Positions 25,438 to 37,743 of a stretch of 64,000 bases of DNA are shown here, one piece after another. This stretch comes from Dendrobates tinctorius (lineage: Eukaryota). The stretch lies in the NCBI RefSeq assembly GCF_039654945.1, contig NW_027361869.1:7936001-8000000 (forward strand), read 5' to 3'. Under the pieces are notes generated by a model, which had not been told where the DNA came from, made no database searches, and saw nothing but the letters and a program-made list of their open reading frames with translations. Position 1 is the first letter of the stretch. Each line of letters starts with the position of its first letter. Both the position numbers and the translations under genes were made by a program.

Positions 25438-26517
25438 TCAGGGGGGTATCTCCTTTTCCGTTCCAGATTTCCCTCTTTTGGGAGTCGAGCGTCTCTTTCC
25501 CAAGACCCAGTCCCCCTGTCCTCCAGTAAAAGCATGAACAGGGGGAGGCGTACGATGATCCATGTCTAGGGGAAGCCAGGAAGGAATGTCCATAGGGGCA
25601 ATGCCAAAAGCGTCCCATATTTTGGGTAAATCTTCAGGGGTCCGAACCATTATTTGCCTACCATCTCCTTGTATAGATATACCAAACGGAAACAGCCATT
25701 TATACAAGATTTTACGCGAGCGTAACACCTCCAGGAGGGGCCTTAGGACTCTTCTTTTTGCAAGGGTCGACGGCGCAACATCCTGATAAAGATGAATAGC
25801 AGATCCCTCATAAGAAAGATTTTTAATGTCTCTTGAAGCGGACAAAATAGCATTGGTATCCAAATAGCTCAGTAGGCCGCAAATCACATCCCTCGGAGGT
25901 TCCGTTGGTTTCGGCTTTGGTCTAAGAGATCTATGCACCCTTTCTATTACAATTCGGTCACATGTTTCTTGTGGAATTAAGAGGGCAAAGATCTCCGTAG
26001 TAGCTTTTTCCAATATCTCTGTGGAAACACTTTCAGGCAAGCCTTTTATCCGTATGTTCTTTCTGCGACTCCGATTTTCCTGATCCTCAAGGGCCAGAAA
26101 AGAGTTGTTAAGCTGTATTCTGTGATAATCTAGATGTTCTCTCATAGCATTGGAGTGGCTAATGATAGAGGACTGAGAGGACTCCAAAGACTCCACTCTA
26201 TTACCAATGTGTAACAAGTCCGCTCTCATACCAGATATTTCATTAACCAATGGTTTCATAGCCTGTGCTAATAATTTTTTAAAAAACGATCTAGAAAGTT
26301 TCCCAGAGTCTGATTGAGTGACATCGCTGCCAGAAGCATCGTCACTGGAATCTGAGTCCTCGGCATGCTCCTCCTCCACAACTTCTACAGGGAGCCTTTT
26401 AGCATTAGGTTTAGGCGTAGCAGATTTGTTTTTCAAAAATTTATCCATTTCACCTTGTTTGCTTCGATGCGCCTCCGCAGTCAGCGGTTTTGCACGCTCT
26501 TTATTAGTTTTGACCAT
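25438..26517 (-). CDS. L1 ORF1p (coiled coil + RRM/CTD)
   Basis: LEDQENRSRRKNIRIKGLPES, IERVHRSL, PRDVI; first ATG at 26517. Confidence 0.93.
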   Translation of the reverse strand: MVKTNKERAKPLTAEAHRSKQGEMDKFLKNKSATPKPNAKRLPVEVVEEEHAEDSDSSDDASGSDVTQSDSGKLSRSFFKKLLAQAMKPLVNEISGMRADLLHIGNRVESLESSQSSIISHSNAMREHLDYHRIQLNNSFLALEDQENRSRRKNIRIKGLPESVSTEILEKATTEIFALLIPQETCDRIVIERVHRSLRPKPKPTEPPRDVICGLLSYLDTNAILSASRDIKNLSYEGSAIHLYQDVAPSTLAKRRVLRPLLEVLRSRKILYKWLFPFGISIQGDGRQIMVRTPEDLPKIWDAFGIAPMDIPSWLPLDMDHRTPPPVHAFTGGQGDWVLGKRRSTPKRGKSGTEKEIPP

Positions 26518-27237
26518 TTTGCTCAATTGAAGCGTGCCTAAAATTTACCACCCGTGCGTCAAGAAAAGTCTAGTACAGCATTTTGCTATATAAAAATAAC
26601 CCCATGTAACTTGGAGGGTGAGGGGTTAAAAGTTGGAAACATCCGCGGGGAACCGCTGGAGCCGGCAGAGACAGGGTAGCGCCAACTCTCCACTGCTGCG
26701 TTTATATCAGCCGACAGCAGCACTTCTATGTGGGGGGAGCGATATCCCCCGCTCAGGCCTTGCAGAAAGTCTCAGCAACGCCGGGGGCCGTCAACAACCT
26801 GTCTGGCCCAGAGCCAGCACCCTCCTCCTCCTCATGCAGCTCATGCAGCGACAGCAATCCCCGCAGGCCACACAGACAGCACACCGGGGGTTTCCTCTCA
26901 CCGCCTTGTGCTCCAACAGGCGAGACCGCTCCCTGCTCTGCGGTCACACACCTCCACCAAGGGCCTCCTGCGGTCCGGATCTCCGGGTCTTGTACTCAGG
27001 GGGATATATAAAGATGGCGCCCGTCTTCCTCCAGCGCCGCAGCACTCTCCACGAGGCCGCTCAGCGCTCCGGTGCCGCGTCTCCACACCACCCCTCACCT
27101 TCTTCTCCAAGCCCGGGGCACTCTAAAAATCTTTTTTGTCGCTTTTATGCCGCTTTTATCTGGGCCAAATAAGGCGATTTTGTGGCTAGGAGCGGGAGCT
27201 GCCATAAAACACGTCCTCCCTGTGTGAGATCCAGGCC

Positions 27238-30200
27238 CTGATCATGCAGTTCTGCTGGGATGAGGTAGTGGCACAGATCATACAGCTCTGCAGGGATGTT
27301 TCAGTAGCACAGATCATACAGCCCTGCAGGGATGAGGTGGTGGCACTGATCATACACCTCTGCGGCGACAAGGTGGTGGTACTGATCATACAGCTCTGCA
27401 AGGACCAGGTGGTGGCACTGATCTTAAAGCTCTGCAGGGATGAGGTGGTGGCACTGATCATACAGCTCTGCAGAGAGGAGGTGGTGGCACTGATTATACA
27501 GCTTTGCAGGGAGGATATGGTAGCATTGATCATTCAGCTCTGTGTGGATAAGATGGTGGCACTGATCATACAGCTTTGCGGGGACAATGTGGTTGCACTG
27601 ATTATACATCTCTTTAGGGATAAGTTGGAGCCACTGATCATGCAGCTCTGCAGGGATGAGGTTGTGGCACTGATCATACAGCTCTGCAGGGATGAGTTAG
27701 TGGCTCAGATCATACAGCTCTGCAGGGATGAGGTAGTGGCACAGATCACACAGCTCTGCAGGGACGAGGAGGTGGCACTGATCATACAGCTCTGTGGTGA
27801 GGAGGCGGTGGCACTGATCATAAGGCTCTGCAGGGACAAGGTTGTGTCACTGATCTTACAACTCTGCAGGGAGTAGGTGGTGGCATTGATCATTCAGCTC
27901 TGTGTGGATAAGATGGTGGCACTAATCATGCAGCTCTGCAGGTATGAGGTGGTGTCACTGATTATACAGCTCTGCAGGGAAGAGGTGGAGACACTGATCA
28001 TACAGCTCTGCAAAGACGAGGAGGTGGCACTGATCATACAGCTTTGTGGGGACAATGTAGTTGCACTGATTATACATCTCTTTAGGGATAAGTTGGAGCC
28101 ACTGATCATACAGCTCTGCAGGGACAAGGAGGTGGCACTGATCATACATCTCTGTGGAGACAAGGTGGTGGCACTGATAATACACCTCTGCGGCGACAAC
28201 GTGGTGGTACTGATCATACAGCTCTGCAGAGAGGAGGTGGTGACACTGATCATACAGCTCTGAAGGGAATAGGTGGTGGCACTGATGATACAGCTCTGTA
28301 GGGATGAGGTGGTTGCACTGATCATACAGCTCTGTAGGGATGAGGTGGTTGCACTGATCATACAGCTCTATGGGGAGGAGGCGGTGGCACTGATCATAAG
28401 GCTCTGTAGGGACAAGGTTGTGTCACTGATCTTACAGCTCTGCAGGGAGTAGGTGGTGACATTGATCATTCAGCTCTGCAGGGATGAGGTAGTGGCACAG
28501 ATCACACAGTGCTGCAAGGACCAGGTGGTGGCACTGATCATACAGCTCTGCAGGGACGAGGAGGTGGCACTGATCATACAGCTCTGCGGGGAAAAGTTGG
28601 TGACACTGATCATACACCTCTGCGGCGACAAGGTGGTGGTACTGATCATACAGCTCTGCAGAGAGGAGGTGGTGGCACTGATCATACAGCTCTGAAGGGA
28701 ATATGTGGTGGCACTGATCATAAAGTTCTGCAGTGACGAGGTGGTGGCACTAATCATACTGCTTTGCAGGGAGAAGGTGGTGGCACTGATCATACAGCTC
28801 AGCAGGGAGGACGTGGTGGCACTGATTATACAGCTCAGCAGGGACAAGGTGGTGGCACTGATCATACAGCTTTGCGGGGATAATGTGGTTGCACTGATTA
28901 TACATCTCTTTAGGGATAAGTTGGAGGCACTGATCATGCAGTTCTGCAGGGATGAGATAGTGGCTCAGATCATACAGCTCTGCAGGGACGAGGAGGTGGC
29001 ACTGATCATACACCTCTGCGGCCACAAGGTGGTGGTACTAATCATACAGCTCTGCAGTGACGAGGTCGTTGCACTGATTATGCAGTTCTGCAGGGATGAT
29101 GTAGTGGCACCGATCATACAGCTCTGCAGGGATGATTCAGTAGAACAGATCATACAGCCCTGTAGGGATGAGGTGATGGCACTGATCATACAGCTCTGCA
29201 GGGAAAAGTTGGTGACACTGATCATACAGCTCTGCTCGCACAAAGTGGTGGCACTTATGATACAGCTTTGTGGGGACAAGGTGGTGGCACTGATCATGCA
29301 GTTCTGCAGGGATGAGGTAGTGACACCGATCATACAGCTCTGCAGGTATGATTCAGTAGCACAGATCATACAGCCTGCAGGGATGAGGTGGTGGCACTGA
29401 TCATACACCTCTGCGGCGACAAGGTGGTGTTACTGATCATACAGCTCTGCAAGGACCAGGTGGTGGCACTAATCATACAGCTCTGCAGAGACAAGGTGGT
29501 GGCACTGATTATACAGCTCTGCAGGGAGGAGGTTGTCGCACTGAACATACTGGTTTGCAGGGATGTGGTGGTGGCACAGATCATACAGCTCTGCAGAGAG
29601 GAGGTGGTGGCACTGATTATACAGATTTGCAGGGAGGAGATGGTGGCACTGATCATACAGCTCTGCAGGGAGTAGGTGGTGGCACTGATAATAGAGCTCT
29701 CCCGGGATAATTTGATGGCACTGATCATACAGCTCTGCTCGGACAAAGTGGTGGCACTTATGATACAGCTTTGTGGGGACAAGATGTTGGCACTGATCAT
29801 ACAGCTCTGCAGTGATGAGGTCGTGGCACTGATCATGCAGTTCTGCAGGGATGAGGTAGTGGCACCGATCATACAGCTCTGCAGGGATGTTTCAGTAGCA
29901 CAGATCATACAGCCCTGCAGGGATGAGGTGGTGGCACTGATCATACAGCTCTTCAGGGAAAAGTTGGTGACGCTGATCATACACCTCTGCGGCGACAAGG
30001 TGGTGGCACTGATTATACAGTTCTGCGGCGACAAGGTGGTGGCACTGATCACACAGGTCTGCAGGGAAAAGGTGGTGTTATTGAACATACAGCTCAGCGC
30101 GGACAAGGTGGTGGCACTGATCAGACAGCTCTACAGGGAGGAGGTTGTGGCACTAAACATACTGGTTTGCAGGGATGAGGTTGTGGCACTGATCATACAG

Positions 30201-30774
30201 CTCTGCAGGGAGGAGGTGGTGGCACTGATCATACAGCTCTGCAGGGAATAGGTGGTGGCACTGATCGTACAGCTCTGCTGGGACAAGATGGTGGTACTGA
30301 TCATAAAGCTCTGCAGGGATGATGTAGTGGCACTGATCATACAGGTCTGCAGAGACGAGGTGGTGGCACTGATCATGCAACTTTTCGTGGACAAGGTGGT
30401 GGCACTGATCAGACAGCTTTGCGTGTACAAGGTGGTGGCACTAATCAGGTAGCCCTGAGGGGATGACGTGGTGGCACTGATCAAAAAGCTCTGCAGGGAT
30501 TAGGTGGTGGCACTGATCATACAGCTCTGCAAGGAGTAGGTGGTGGCACTGATCATACAGCTTGCGTTGACAATGTGGTGGCACTGATTATACAGTTCTG
30601 CGGCGAAAAGGTGGTGGCACTGATCATACAGCTCTGCATGTAAAGGTGGTGGCACTGAACATACAGCTCTGCAGGGAAAAGGTGGTGGCACTGAACATAC
30701 AGGTCAGCAGGGACGAGGTGGTGGCACTCATTATAGAACTCTGCAGGGGTGAAGTGGTGGCACTGATCATACAG
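27238..30774. repeat. 36-bp satellite array
   Basis: Same monomer. Confidence 0.97.
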
Positions 30775-31515
30775 GCCAAAAATGGGGGACGGGGTATGGA
30801 GTATGGCATGCGGATGGAGAGCACATTGATGCTGGAACCAGCGCGTCGCCTATCACGCTCCCCCATCAGTACATAGGTTTTCATCTGTGCTTTTTTTTTT
30901 TTAGTAATTACAGAAAAGCAGGAGGATTTGTGGTTTATTGGCTTAATTAATTTTCTTCTGTTACATAATATTTGTTCAGTGAACCTGCGGATAATTACAC
31001 TACACTAATGTGGGGTTAACCCTCTGTGTAGCTCTAGGACTTTTCACCAATGATGGCAATTAGCTCGATCTGCACGTGCCGCAATCTCCTCAGTCACTTA
31101 CAGTATTATCGGGACTCCCAGCTGTTTCTGCACTGATTACAGGGGGCTATAAGCAGCAGATGTTCTCGAGGAGCCCGATGTGAGATGAAGGTGGCGCATC
31201 TATGAACACTGGTAAATAAGAGGGGATCAGCAGGAACAAGGCAAGTAAGAGGTTAAACAGAGGAGGAAAGGCGTCTATGTACATCGCTGAAGGCTGAGGG
31301 CGGCGCTTAACCGAGGATTCCCGCTCATTGTCTGATCGCAGGATCCGTTTGGGGATTTGAACTTCGCGCTCTTCTTCCGCCGAGGATTATTAGCGGACAT
31401 CACAATCCGGTCACACAGAGAACCGCGCAGAGTCCGGCCCTCCAGAGCCGCCATCACGGGATCGCCCTCCGGGAGGAGCAGCAGTCACTGATGTGGACAA
31501 TCACCGGCCGCCATC
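30775..31515. other. Second orphan copy of the histone-cluster spacer
   Basis: Offset 10506 from 20269-21009. Confidence 0.93.
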
Positions 31516-31761
31516 AGGAAAGGAAAAAAGAAAGGGAAGGGGAAAAGGGAACATATTCATATACAATATCAACAACATTAACAATAACAACATGTGGTTG
31601 ACAACATGAGCACAATCATTGCATGGGTGCACTTCAAAAAATAACGCTTCTCCATGTAATACAATTGAGCTATCTAATATGGGGTAGTAAGGCCAGGAGC
31701 CCCAAAGCAGAAGCCACCCAATTCAGTAGAGCCTAACAAAACAAAAAACTCCAGAATGTTC

Positions 31762-34700
31762 CTAAAGAGGATTGTCTTCTAAGTACCTATTCCAAGGGGC
31801 CCAAGTCGACACGAAAGCTTTATGATTATAGATTTCCCAGCTAGACAGCTCCTCTAAACGATAAATCTGATTTATTTTCGTATACCATTCTCCCAACGTG
31901 GGAGGAGCTACATCCTTCCAATGGGCAGCTATCAACTGTCTCGCCGCACTCAACATCAGTGGAAGAAGCCCATGTTTTTTTGGTAAAAAATCTTTTGACG
32001 GGCATGAAAGGAGAGCTTCCGTGGCTCCAAGATCCACCTTTATTAATCCTAATTTTTTGAGAACTAACTCAACTCCCTCCCAAAAAATTCGCAATCTAGG
32101 ACATTCCCAGAATATATGCGTATGATGTCCTCTAGGATTGAGGCATCGCCAGCAATCATCATTATCCACGAGGCCTAACTGGAACAACTTAGCTGGAGTT
32201 AAATGCCACCTAGTTAATATTTTATAAGAATTCTCCTGCAAAAGTACACATCTAGAAAAACCCCTAGCATTTGACAGCATTTTAGATATTTGATCTTCTG
32301 TAAACGTGATATTAAGTTCAATTTCCCACGAATGTATAAATGAGGGTTTAGAATGTACATTCGGAGAGATGAGATGTGAGTAAATGCGGGATATAATTTT
32401 CTGCCGTGGGGATGGAAGTTTAATCATAATATCTAGCCAGGACCAATTAGATTTAGACGGGAATCTCCTTCCAAACTGTAAAAGTATGCGTTTGATGTGT
32501 TGTTTCTGGAGAAAATTTGTTGGTTGGACCGATGCCCCCTGTGGCCAAGATCCCTCCCGCAAAGTGTTATTACTATAAAAACTATTTAACGTTTCTCTAG
32601 GGAGGTTGGACCATAAATTGTATGGATCCTGAAAGTCTTGCTCTAACAAATAGGGAATTGAGCCAATCGGTGTCAATGTGGAGGGGAAAGTATCTTCCGG
32701 GAACTCTCCCATTACCAATCTTTTAATACGCAACGTAGTTGTAGTTACCTCATCCAACCTAAGAGAGGCCGGCGGCTTAGCCCTAGTCCAGAGATACGGC
32801 AAACCTCTCGGGCCCAGTAAAGCCCAGTCAACACTATCCCCCTCCTCCCTTTCAGCACAGGACACCACCTTTAACCATCTACTGAGATGGATAGCCTTAT
32901 AATATAAAAGAAGGTCTGGAACCCCTAACCCTCCAAAAGAGAGAGGACGAGAAAGAAACTTATAAGGTAACCTAGCCCTTTTATTTTTCCATATAAATTT
33001 TCCAATAAGGGATTTTAATGTTCCAAAAAATGTCAGGGGAATCCGAATCGGAACCATGTTCATGGTATATAGTATAATGGGCATTATATATGCCTTAAAC
33101 ACATTAATACGACCCATCCAGGATAAAGTGGGTAAGCTATACTTCTGCATCAGGTTTTTGACCTTTTGAATTAAAGGAGTGTAATTGTCATGGAATAGGT
33201 TAGTGGGGTCTCTAGTTATCATTATTCCCAAATATCTAATAGAATTAGTAGCCCAAGAGAATGGAATCTGCGTACGAATGGTGGAGGTCTGAGAGTGAGG
33301 GAGACCAATGTTTAACACTTCAGATTTTGACAAATTGATTTTGAAATTAGAAAGGAGACCAAAATGATGAAAGGCTTGAAGAATAATTGGAAAGGCCTGG
33401 GATGGATTGGAGATAAGGAAAAGCAAATCGTCTGCGAAAGCTAGAGTCTTAAGTGACCTCTGACCCACCGTCAACCCCTCTATACGTTGATCTTGTCTGA
33501 TGCTTTGTATCAAAGTTTCTATAACTAAAATGAACAAAGAAGGCGACAAGGGGCAACCCTGTCTAGTCCCGTTGCTAATCCCAAAACTATCTGACAGGGT
33601 GCCGTTGACTCTGACCTTGGCCGTCGGTTGTGAATAAAGCGAGAGGACTGCTGTTATATATTGAGGGGGGAAGCCAAACTTAATCATTACTTGTTCCATA
33701 AACCTCCAGCTCACTCTATCGAAAGCCTTCTCAGCATCCGTCGACAAGAGCATCAAGGGCATACCCCGAGTCTTAGCAAACATTATAGACTGAATGACTT
33801 TAGTAGAATTATCCTTCCCCTCCCTGCCTCTTACAAAGCCTACTTGGTCTGCATAAATTAGCTTAGGTAAGAAATTGCTTAATCTGCCCGCTAATATTTT
33901 AGCCCACATCTTGATATCTGCATTAAGCAGTAATATTGGTCTGTAGCTAGTGCACAGATTGGGATCTTTACCCTCCTTAGGGAGGACTGTGATGTATGCC
34001 TCCAAGGATTGTCTAGGGGGGAGCTGGCCTGCTAAATAGGAATTAAACAAAGACACTAGGTGAGGTAACAGTGGTTTTATAAACTTTTTATAATAGATAA
34101 TGGGAAGACCATCTGGGCCCGGTGCCTTTCCGTTCGGAATAGTAGAAAGAATGTCTAAAATCTCTGTAGGGGTAACTGGGGCAGTCAATAAGGACTGACC
34201 TTCAAGAGTTATTTTAGGGAGATGTAACGAGGTCAAAAATTCTTTTATTTTTGCTAAGGCTGTGACTGGCTCCTGCATGCTATCAGGTGTATTTAAATTG
34301 TATAAATTTTCATAAAAGTCTTTAAACTCCCTGGCAATATCTGCAGTCCCGAGAATTGAAGAGCCATCTAAAGCTCTAAGTTGTCTAATAAACGTCTTTT
34401 CCTTTTGTTTCTTAAGTAGGGATGTCATAAGCTTACTACTCTTATTGCCATGGAGATAAAACTTCTGTCTACTTCTCATATAAATTTTTGCTGATTTAAT
34501 GTTTAAAAGGTTTTTTAATGAGGTTCTCAGATCTGACAGTTCTGACAATATTTTATTTACCTGAGATCTCTTATGTAACCTCTCGAAGGAACTGATTTGA
34601 TGTAGAATAGACACAACCTTTTTTGATCGCTCCTTTTTCAAATATGAGCCTAGGGCTATAAATTCCCCTCTCATTACTGCTTTATGAGATTCCCACACCA

Positions 34701-35568
34701 TAGGCAAGGGCGGGCCTGAGTGCAAATTATTCTGAAAAAAGAAGTCAAGAGTACTTGTCAGTTTTTCAATGTGAGAATCCGAGTCCAAAAGAGTTTCATT
34801 CAGTGACCACGACCCAGCCGGCCGTGGTAGAGTTTTTATCTCTATGTCAAGAAAAATGGGAGCGTGATCTGAGAGAGAAATGATATCTATATTAGCTTTT
34901 CTAACTAATTGGAGATTAGCTGTTTGTACCAGTAGGTAATCAATTCTGTGATAGCTATTATTCGGATGGGAATAAAAAGTATAATCTCTGCCCGAAGGAA
35001 AAAGCGTTCTCCAAGGGTCTATCAGATGCAATTTTTGTAATGAAAGGTGTAATCTTCTCAGCGCCCTCTGAGAAAGAGCCGATCTGCCCGTTGAAGTATC
35101 TAAGGCTGGGTTCAAAGATACATTAAAATCCCCTCCCACCAACAACAGACCCTCAGTAAAAAGTTCCAGAACATTCAATGTTTTACACAGCCAACCTATC
35201 TGGTTCCTATTTGGGGCATATAAGTTACACAAGGTAATCTTAGTGTTAGCCAAAAAGCCCTTTATTATAATGTACCTGCCTTCTGAATCAGATAAACAAT
35301 CGCTCAAAATAAAAGGAACATTTTTCTTTATAGCAATACTCACTCCACCCGACGCTGAACCGCCCGTACTGTGATACCAGGTCGGGTAGCGAGATCTAGA
35401 CATATCTGGGACTCTCCCTTTTTTAAAATGTGTCTCCTGCAGGAAAACTATACTAGATTTCTTTGAGTGCAAAAGATTCATCACTTGGCTTCTCTTATTC
35501 GGAGAGCGTAAGCCCTTTACATTATACGAGGCCACAGTTATAGTGGCTAAGTTCACCTTATCACCCAT
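31762..35568 (-). CDS. L1 ORF2p, 1268 aa
   Basis: Protein appears identical to 21256-25062. Confidence 0.96.
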   Translation of the reverse strand: MGDKVNLATITVASYNVKGLRSPNKRSQVMNLLHSKKSSIVFLQETHFKKGRVPDMSRSRYPTWYHSTGGSASGGVSIAIKKNVPFILSDCLSDSEGRYIIIKGFLANTKITLCNLYAPNRNQIGWLCKTLNVLELFTEGLLLVGGDFNVSLNPALDTSTGRSALSQRALRRLHLSLQKLHLIDPWRTLFPSGRDYTFYSHPNNSYHRIDYLLVQTANLQLVRKANIDIISLSDHAPIFLDIEIKTLPRPAGSWSLNETLLDSDSHIEKLTSTLDFFFQNNLHSGPPLPMVWESHKAVMRGEFIALGSYLKKERSKKVVSILHQISSFERLHKRSQVNKILSELSDLRTSLKNLLNIKSAKIYMRSRQKFYLHGNKSSKLMTSLLKKQKEKTFIRQLRALDGSSILGTADIAREFKDFYENLYNLNTPDSMQEPVTALAKIKEFLTSLHLPKITLEGQSLLTAPVTPTEILDILSTIPNGKAPGPDGLPIIYYKKFIKPLLPHLVSLFNSYLAGQLPPRQSLEAYITVLPKEGKDPNLCTSYRPILLLNADIKMWAKILAGRLSNFLPKLIYADQVGFVRGREGKDNSTKVIQSIMFAKTRGMPLMLLSTDAEKAFDRVSWRFMEQVMIKFGFPPQYITAVLSLYSQPTAKVRVNGTLSDSFGISNGTRQGCPLSPSLFILVIETLIQSIRQDQRIEGLTVGQRSLKTLAFADDLLFLISNPSQAFPIILQAFHHFGLLSNFKINLSKSEVLNIGLPHSQTSTIRTQIPFSWATNSIRYLGIMITRDPTNLFHDNYTPLIQKVKNLMQKYSLPTLSWMGRINVFKAYIMPIILYTMNMVPIRIPLTFFGTLKSLIGKFIWKNKRARLPYKFLSRPLSFGGLGVPDLLLYYKAIHLSRWLKVVSCAEREEGDSVDWALLGPRGLPYLWTRAKPPASLRLDEVTTTTLRIKRLVMGEFPEDTFPSTLTPIGSIPYLLEQDFQDPYNLWSNLPRETLNSFYSNNTLREGSWPQGASVQPTNFLQKQHIKRILLQFGRRFPSKSNWSWLDIMIKLPSPRQKIISRIYSHLISPNVHSKPSFIHSWEIELNITFTEDQISKMLSNARGFSRCVLLQENSYKILTRWHLTPAKLFQLGLVDNDDCWRCLNPRGHHTHIFWECPRLRIFWEGVELVLKKLGLIKVDLGATEALLSCPSKDFLPKKHGLLPLMLSAARQLIAAHWKDVAPPTLGEWYTKINQIYRLEELSSWEIYNHKAFVSTWAPWNRYLEDNPL

Positions 35569-35943
35569 TATTTGTTAAAGAAGGTAATAAAAAGGATTCC
35601 TCCGTCATCAAACCACAGAAATTAAAAGAAAAAAACAAAGAGATAAGAAAAATAACAAAAAACCTAAAAATTATTAAGATAAAACATGAGAAATACAACA
35701 AGAACCAACTACCTGTCTGTGGCAGAGGCAGGGGGTCAAAAATACCTCCTATAACAGAACAGGAAAAAACATTTCTGACACACGAGTGGCATATGTTAAC
35801 TTATACGGCAATTGAATGATATCAACACCTGAATAAATGTCAAACTTAGCAAGCTAAAATAGGATAAAGCATGTCCGAACGGGCCGAGGGGTCCGGCTCC
35901 AGTGTGGAAAAAACAAATACAACCGGGAGAAGCACAAGAAAGC

Positions 35944-37023
35944 TCAGGGGGGTATCTCCTTTTCCGTTCCAGATTTCCCTCTTTTGGGAGTCGAGCGTCT
36001 CTTTCCCAAGACCCAGTCCCCCTGTCCTCCAGTAAAAGCATGAACAGGGGGAGGCGTACGATGATCCATGTCTAGGGGAAGCCAGGAAGGAATGTCCATA
36101 GGGGCAATGCCAAAAGCGTCCCATATTTTGGGTAAATCTTCAGGGGTCCGAACCATTATTTGCCTACCATCTCCTTGTATAGATATACCAAACGGAAACA
36201 GCCATTTATACAAGATTTTACGCGAGCGTAACACCTCCAGGAGGGGCCTTAGGACTCTTCTTTTTGCAAGGGTCGACGGCGCAACATCCTGATAAAGATG
36301 AATAGCAGATCCCTCATAAGAAAGATTTTTAATGTCTCTTGAAGCGGACAAAATAGCATTGGTATCCAAATAGCTCAGTAGGCCGCAAATCACATCCCTC
36401 GGAGGTTCCGTTGGTTTCGGCTTTGGTCTAAGAGATCTATGCACCCTTTCTATTACAATTCGGTCACATGTTTCTTGTGGAATTAAGAGGGCAAAGATCT
36501 CCTTAGTAGCTTTTTCCAATATCTCTGTGGAAACACTTTCAGGCAAGCCTTTTATCCGTATGTTCTTTCTGCGACTCCGATTTTCCTGATCCTCAAGGGC
36601 CAGAAAAGAGTTGTTAAGCTGTATTCTGTGATAATCTAGATGTTCTCTCATAGCATTGGAGTGGCTAATGATAGAGGACTGAGAGGACTCCAAAGACTCC
36701 ACTCTATTACCAATGTGTAACAAGTCCGCTCTCATACCAGATATTTCATTAACCAATGGTTTCATAGCCTGTGCTAATAATTTTTTAAAAAACGATCTAG
36801 AAAGTTTCCCAGAGTCTGATTGAGTGACATCGCTGCCAGAAGCATCGTCACTGGAATCTGAGTCCTCGGCATGCTCCTCCTCCACAACTTCTACAGGGAG
36901 CCTTTTAGCATTAGGTTTAGGCGTAGCAGATTTGTTTTTCAAAAATTTATCCATTTCACCTTGTTTGCTTCGATGCGCCTCCGCAGTCAGCGGTTTTGCA
37001 CGCTCTTTATTAGTTTTGACCAT
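35944..37023 (-). CDS. L1 ORF1p
   Basis: As copy 1 except ATTEI to ATKEI. Confidence 0.93.
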   Translation of the reverse strand: MVKTNKERAKPLTAEAHRSKQGEMDKFLKNKSATPKPNAKRLPVEVVEEEHAEDSDSSDDASGSDVTQSDSGKLSRSFFKKLLAQAMKPLVNEISGMRADLLHIGNRVESLESSQSSIISHSNAMREHLDYHRIQLNNSFLALEDQENRSRRKNIRIKGLPESVSTEILEKATKEIFALLIPQETCDRIVIERVHRSLRPKPKPTEPPRDVICGLLSYLDTNAILSASRDIKNLSYEGSAIHLYQDVAPSTLAKRRVLRPLLEVLRSRKILYKWLFPFGISIQGDGRQIMVRTPEDLPKIWDAFGIAPMDIPSWLPLDMDHRTPPPVHAFTGGQGDWVLGKRRSTPKRGKSGTEKEIPP

Positions 37024-37743
37024 TTTGCTCAATTGAAGCGTGCCTAAAATTTACCACCCGTGCGTCAAGAAAAGTCTAGTACAGCATTTTGCTATATAAA
37101 AATAACCCCATGTAACTTGGAGGGTGAGGGGTTAAAAGTTGGAAACATCCGCGGGGAACCGCTGGAGCCGGCAGAGACAGGGTAGCGCCAACTCTCCACT
37201 GCTGCGTTTATATCAGCCGACAGCAGCACTTCTATGTGGGGGGAGCGATATCCCCCGCTCAGGCCTTGCAGAAAGTCTCAGCAACGCCGGGGGCCGTCAA
37301 CAACCTGTCTGGCCCAGAGCCAGCACCCTCCTCCTCCTCATGCAGCTCATGCAGCGACAGCAATCCCCGCAGGCCACACAGACAGCACACCGGGGGTTTC
37401 CTCTCACCGCCTTGTGCTCCAACAGGCGAGACCGCTCCCTGCTCTGCGGTCACACACCTCCACCAAGGGCCTCCTGCGGTCCGGATCTCCGGGTCTTGTA
37501 CTCAGGGGGATATATAAAGATGGCGCCCGTCTTCCTCCAGCGCCGCAGCACTCTCCACGAGGCCGCTCAGCGCTCCGGTGCCGCGTCTCCACACCACCCC
37601 TCACCTTCTTCTCCAAGCCCGGGGCACTCTAAAAATCTTTTTTGTCGCTTTTATGCCGCTTTTATCTGGGCCAAATAAGGCGATTTTGTGGCTAGGAGCG
37701 GGAGCTGCCATAAAACACGTCCTCCCTGTGTGAGATCCAGGCC

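Larger units (their letters stand above)
21010..27237 (-). mobile_element. L1 LINE copy 1, both ORFs intact, no poly(A) tail or TSD
   Basis: GC-rich 5' UTR, ORF1, ORF2; 3' UTR ends abruptly at the histone spacer. Confidence 0.95.
31516..37743 (-). mobile_element. L1 LINE copy 2 (duplicate of copy 1)
   Basis: Same junctions as copy 1, with a handful of substitutions. Confidence 0.95.

Noticed and set aside
26633-27172. Antisense ORFs in the L1 5' UTR (ORF0-like), also at 37139-37678
   Set aside because: GC-rich low-stop sequence, no recognisable domain, non-ATG start for the longest
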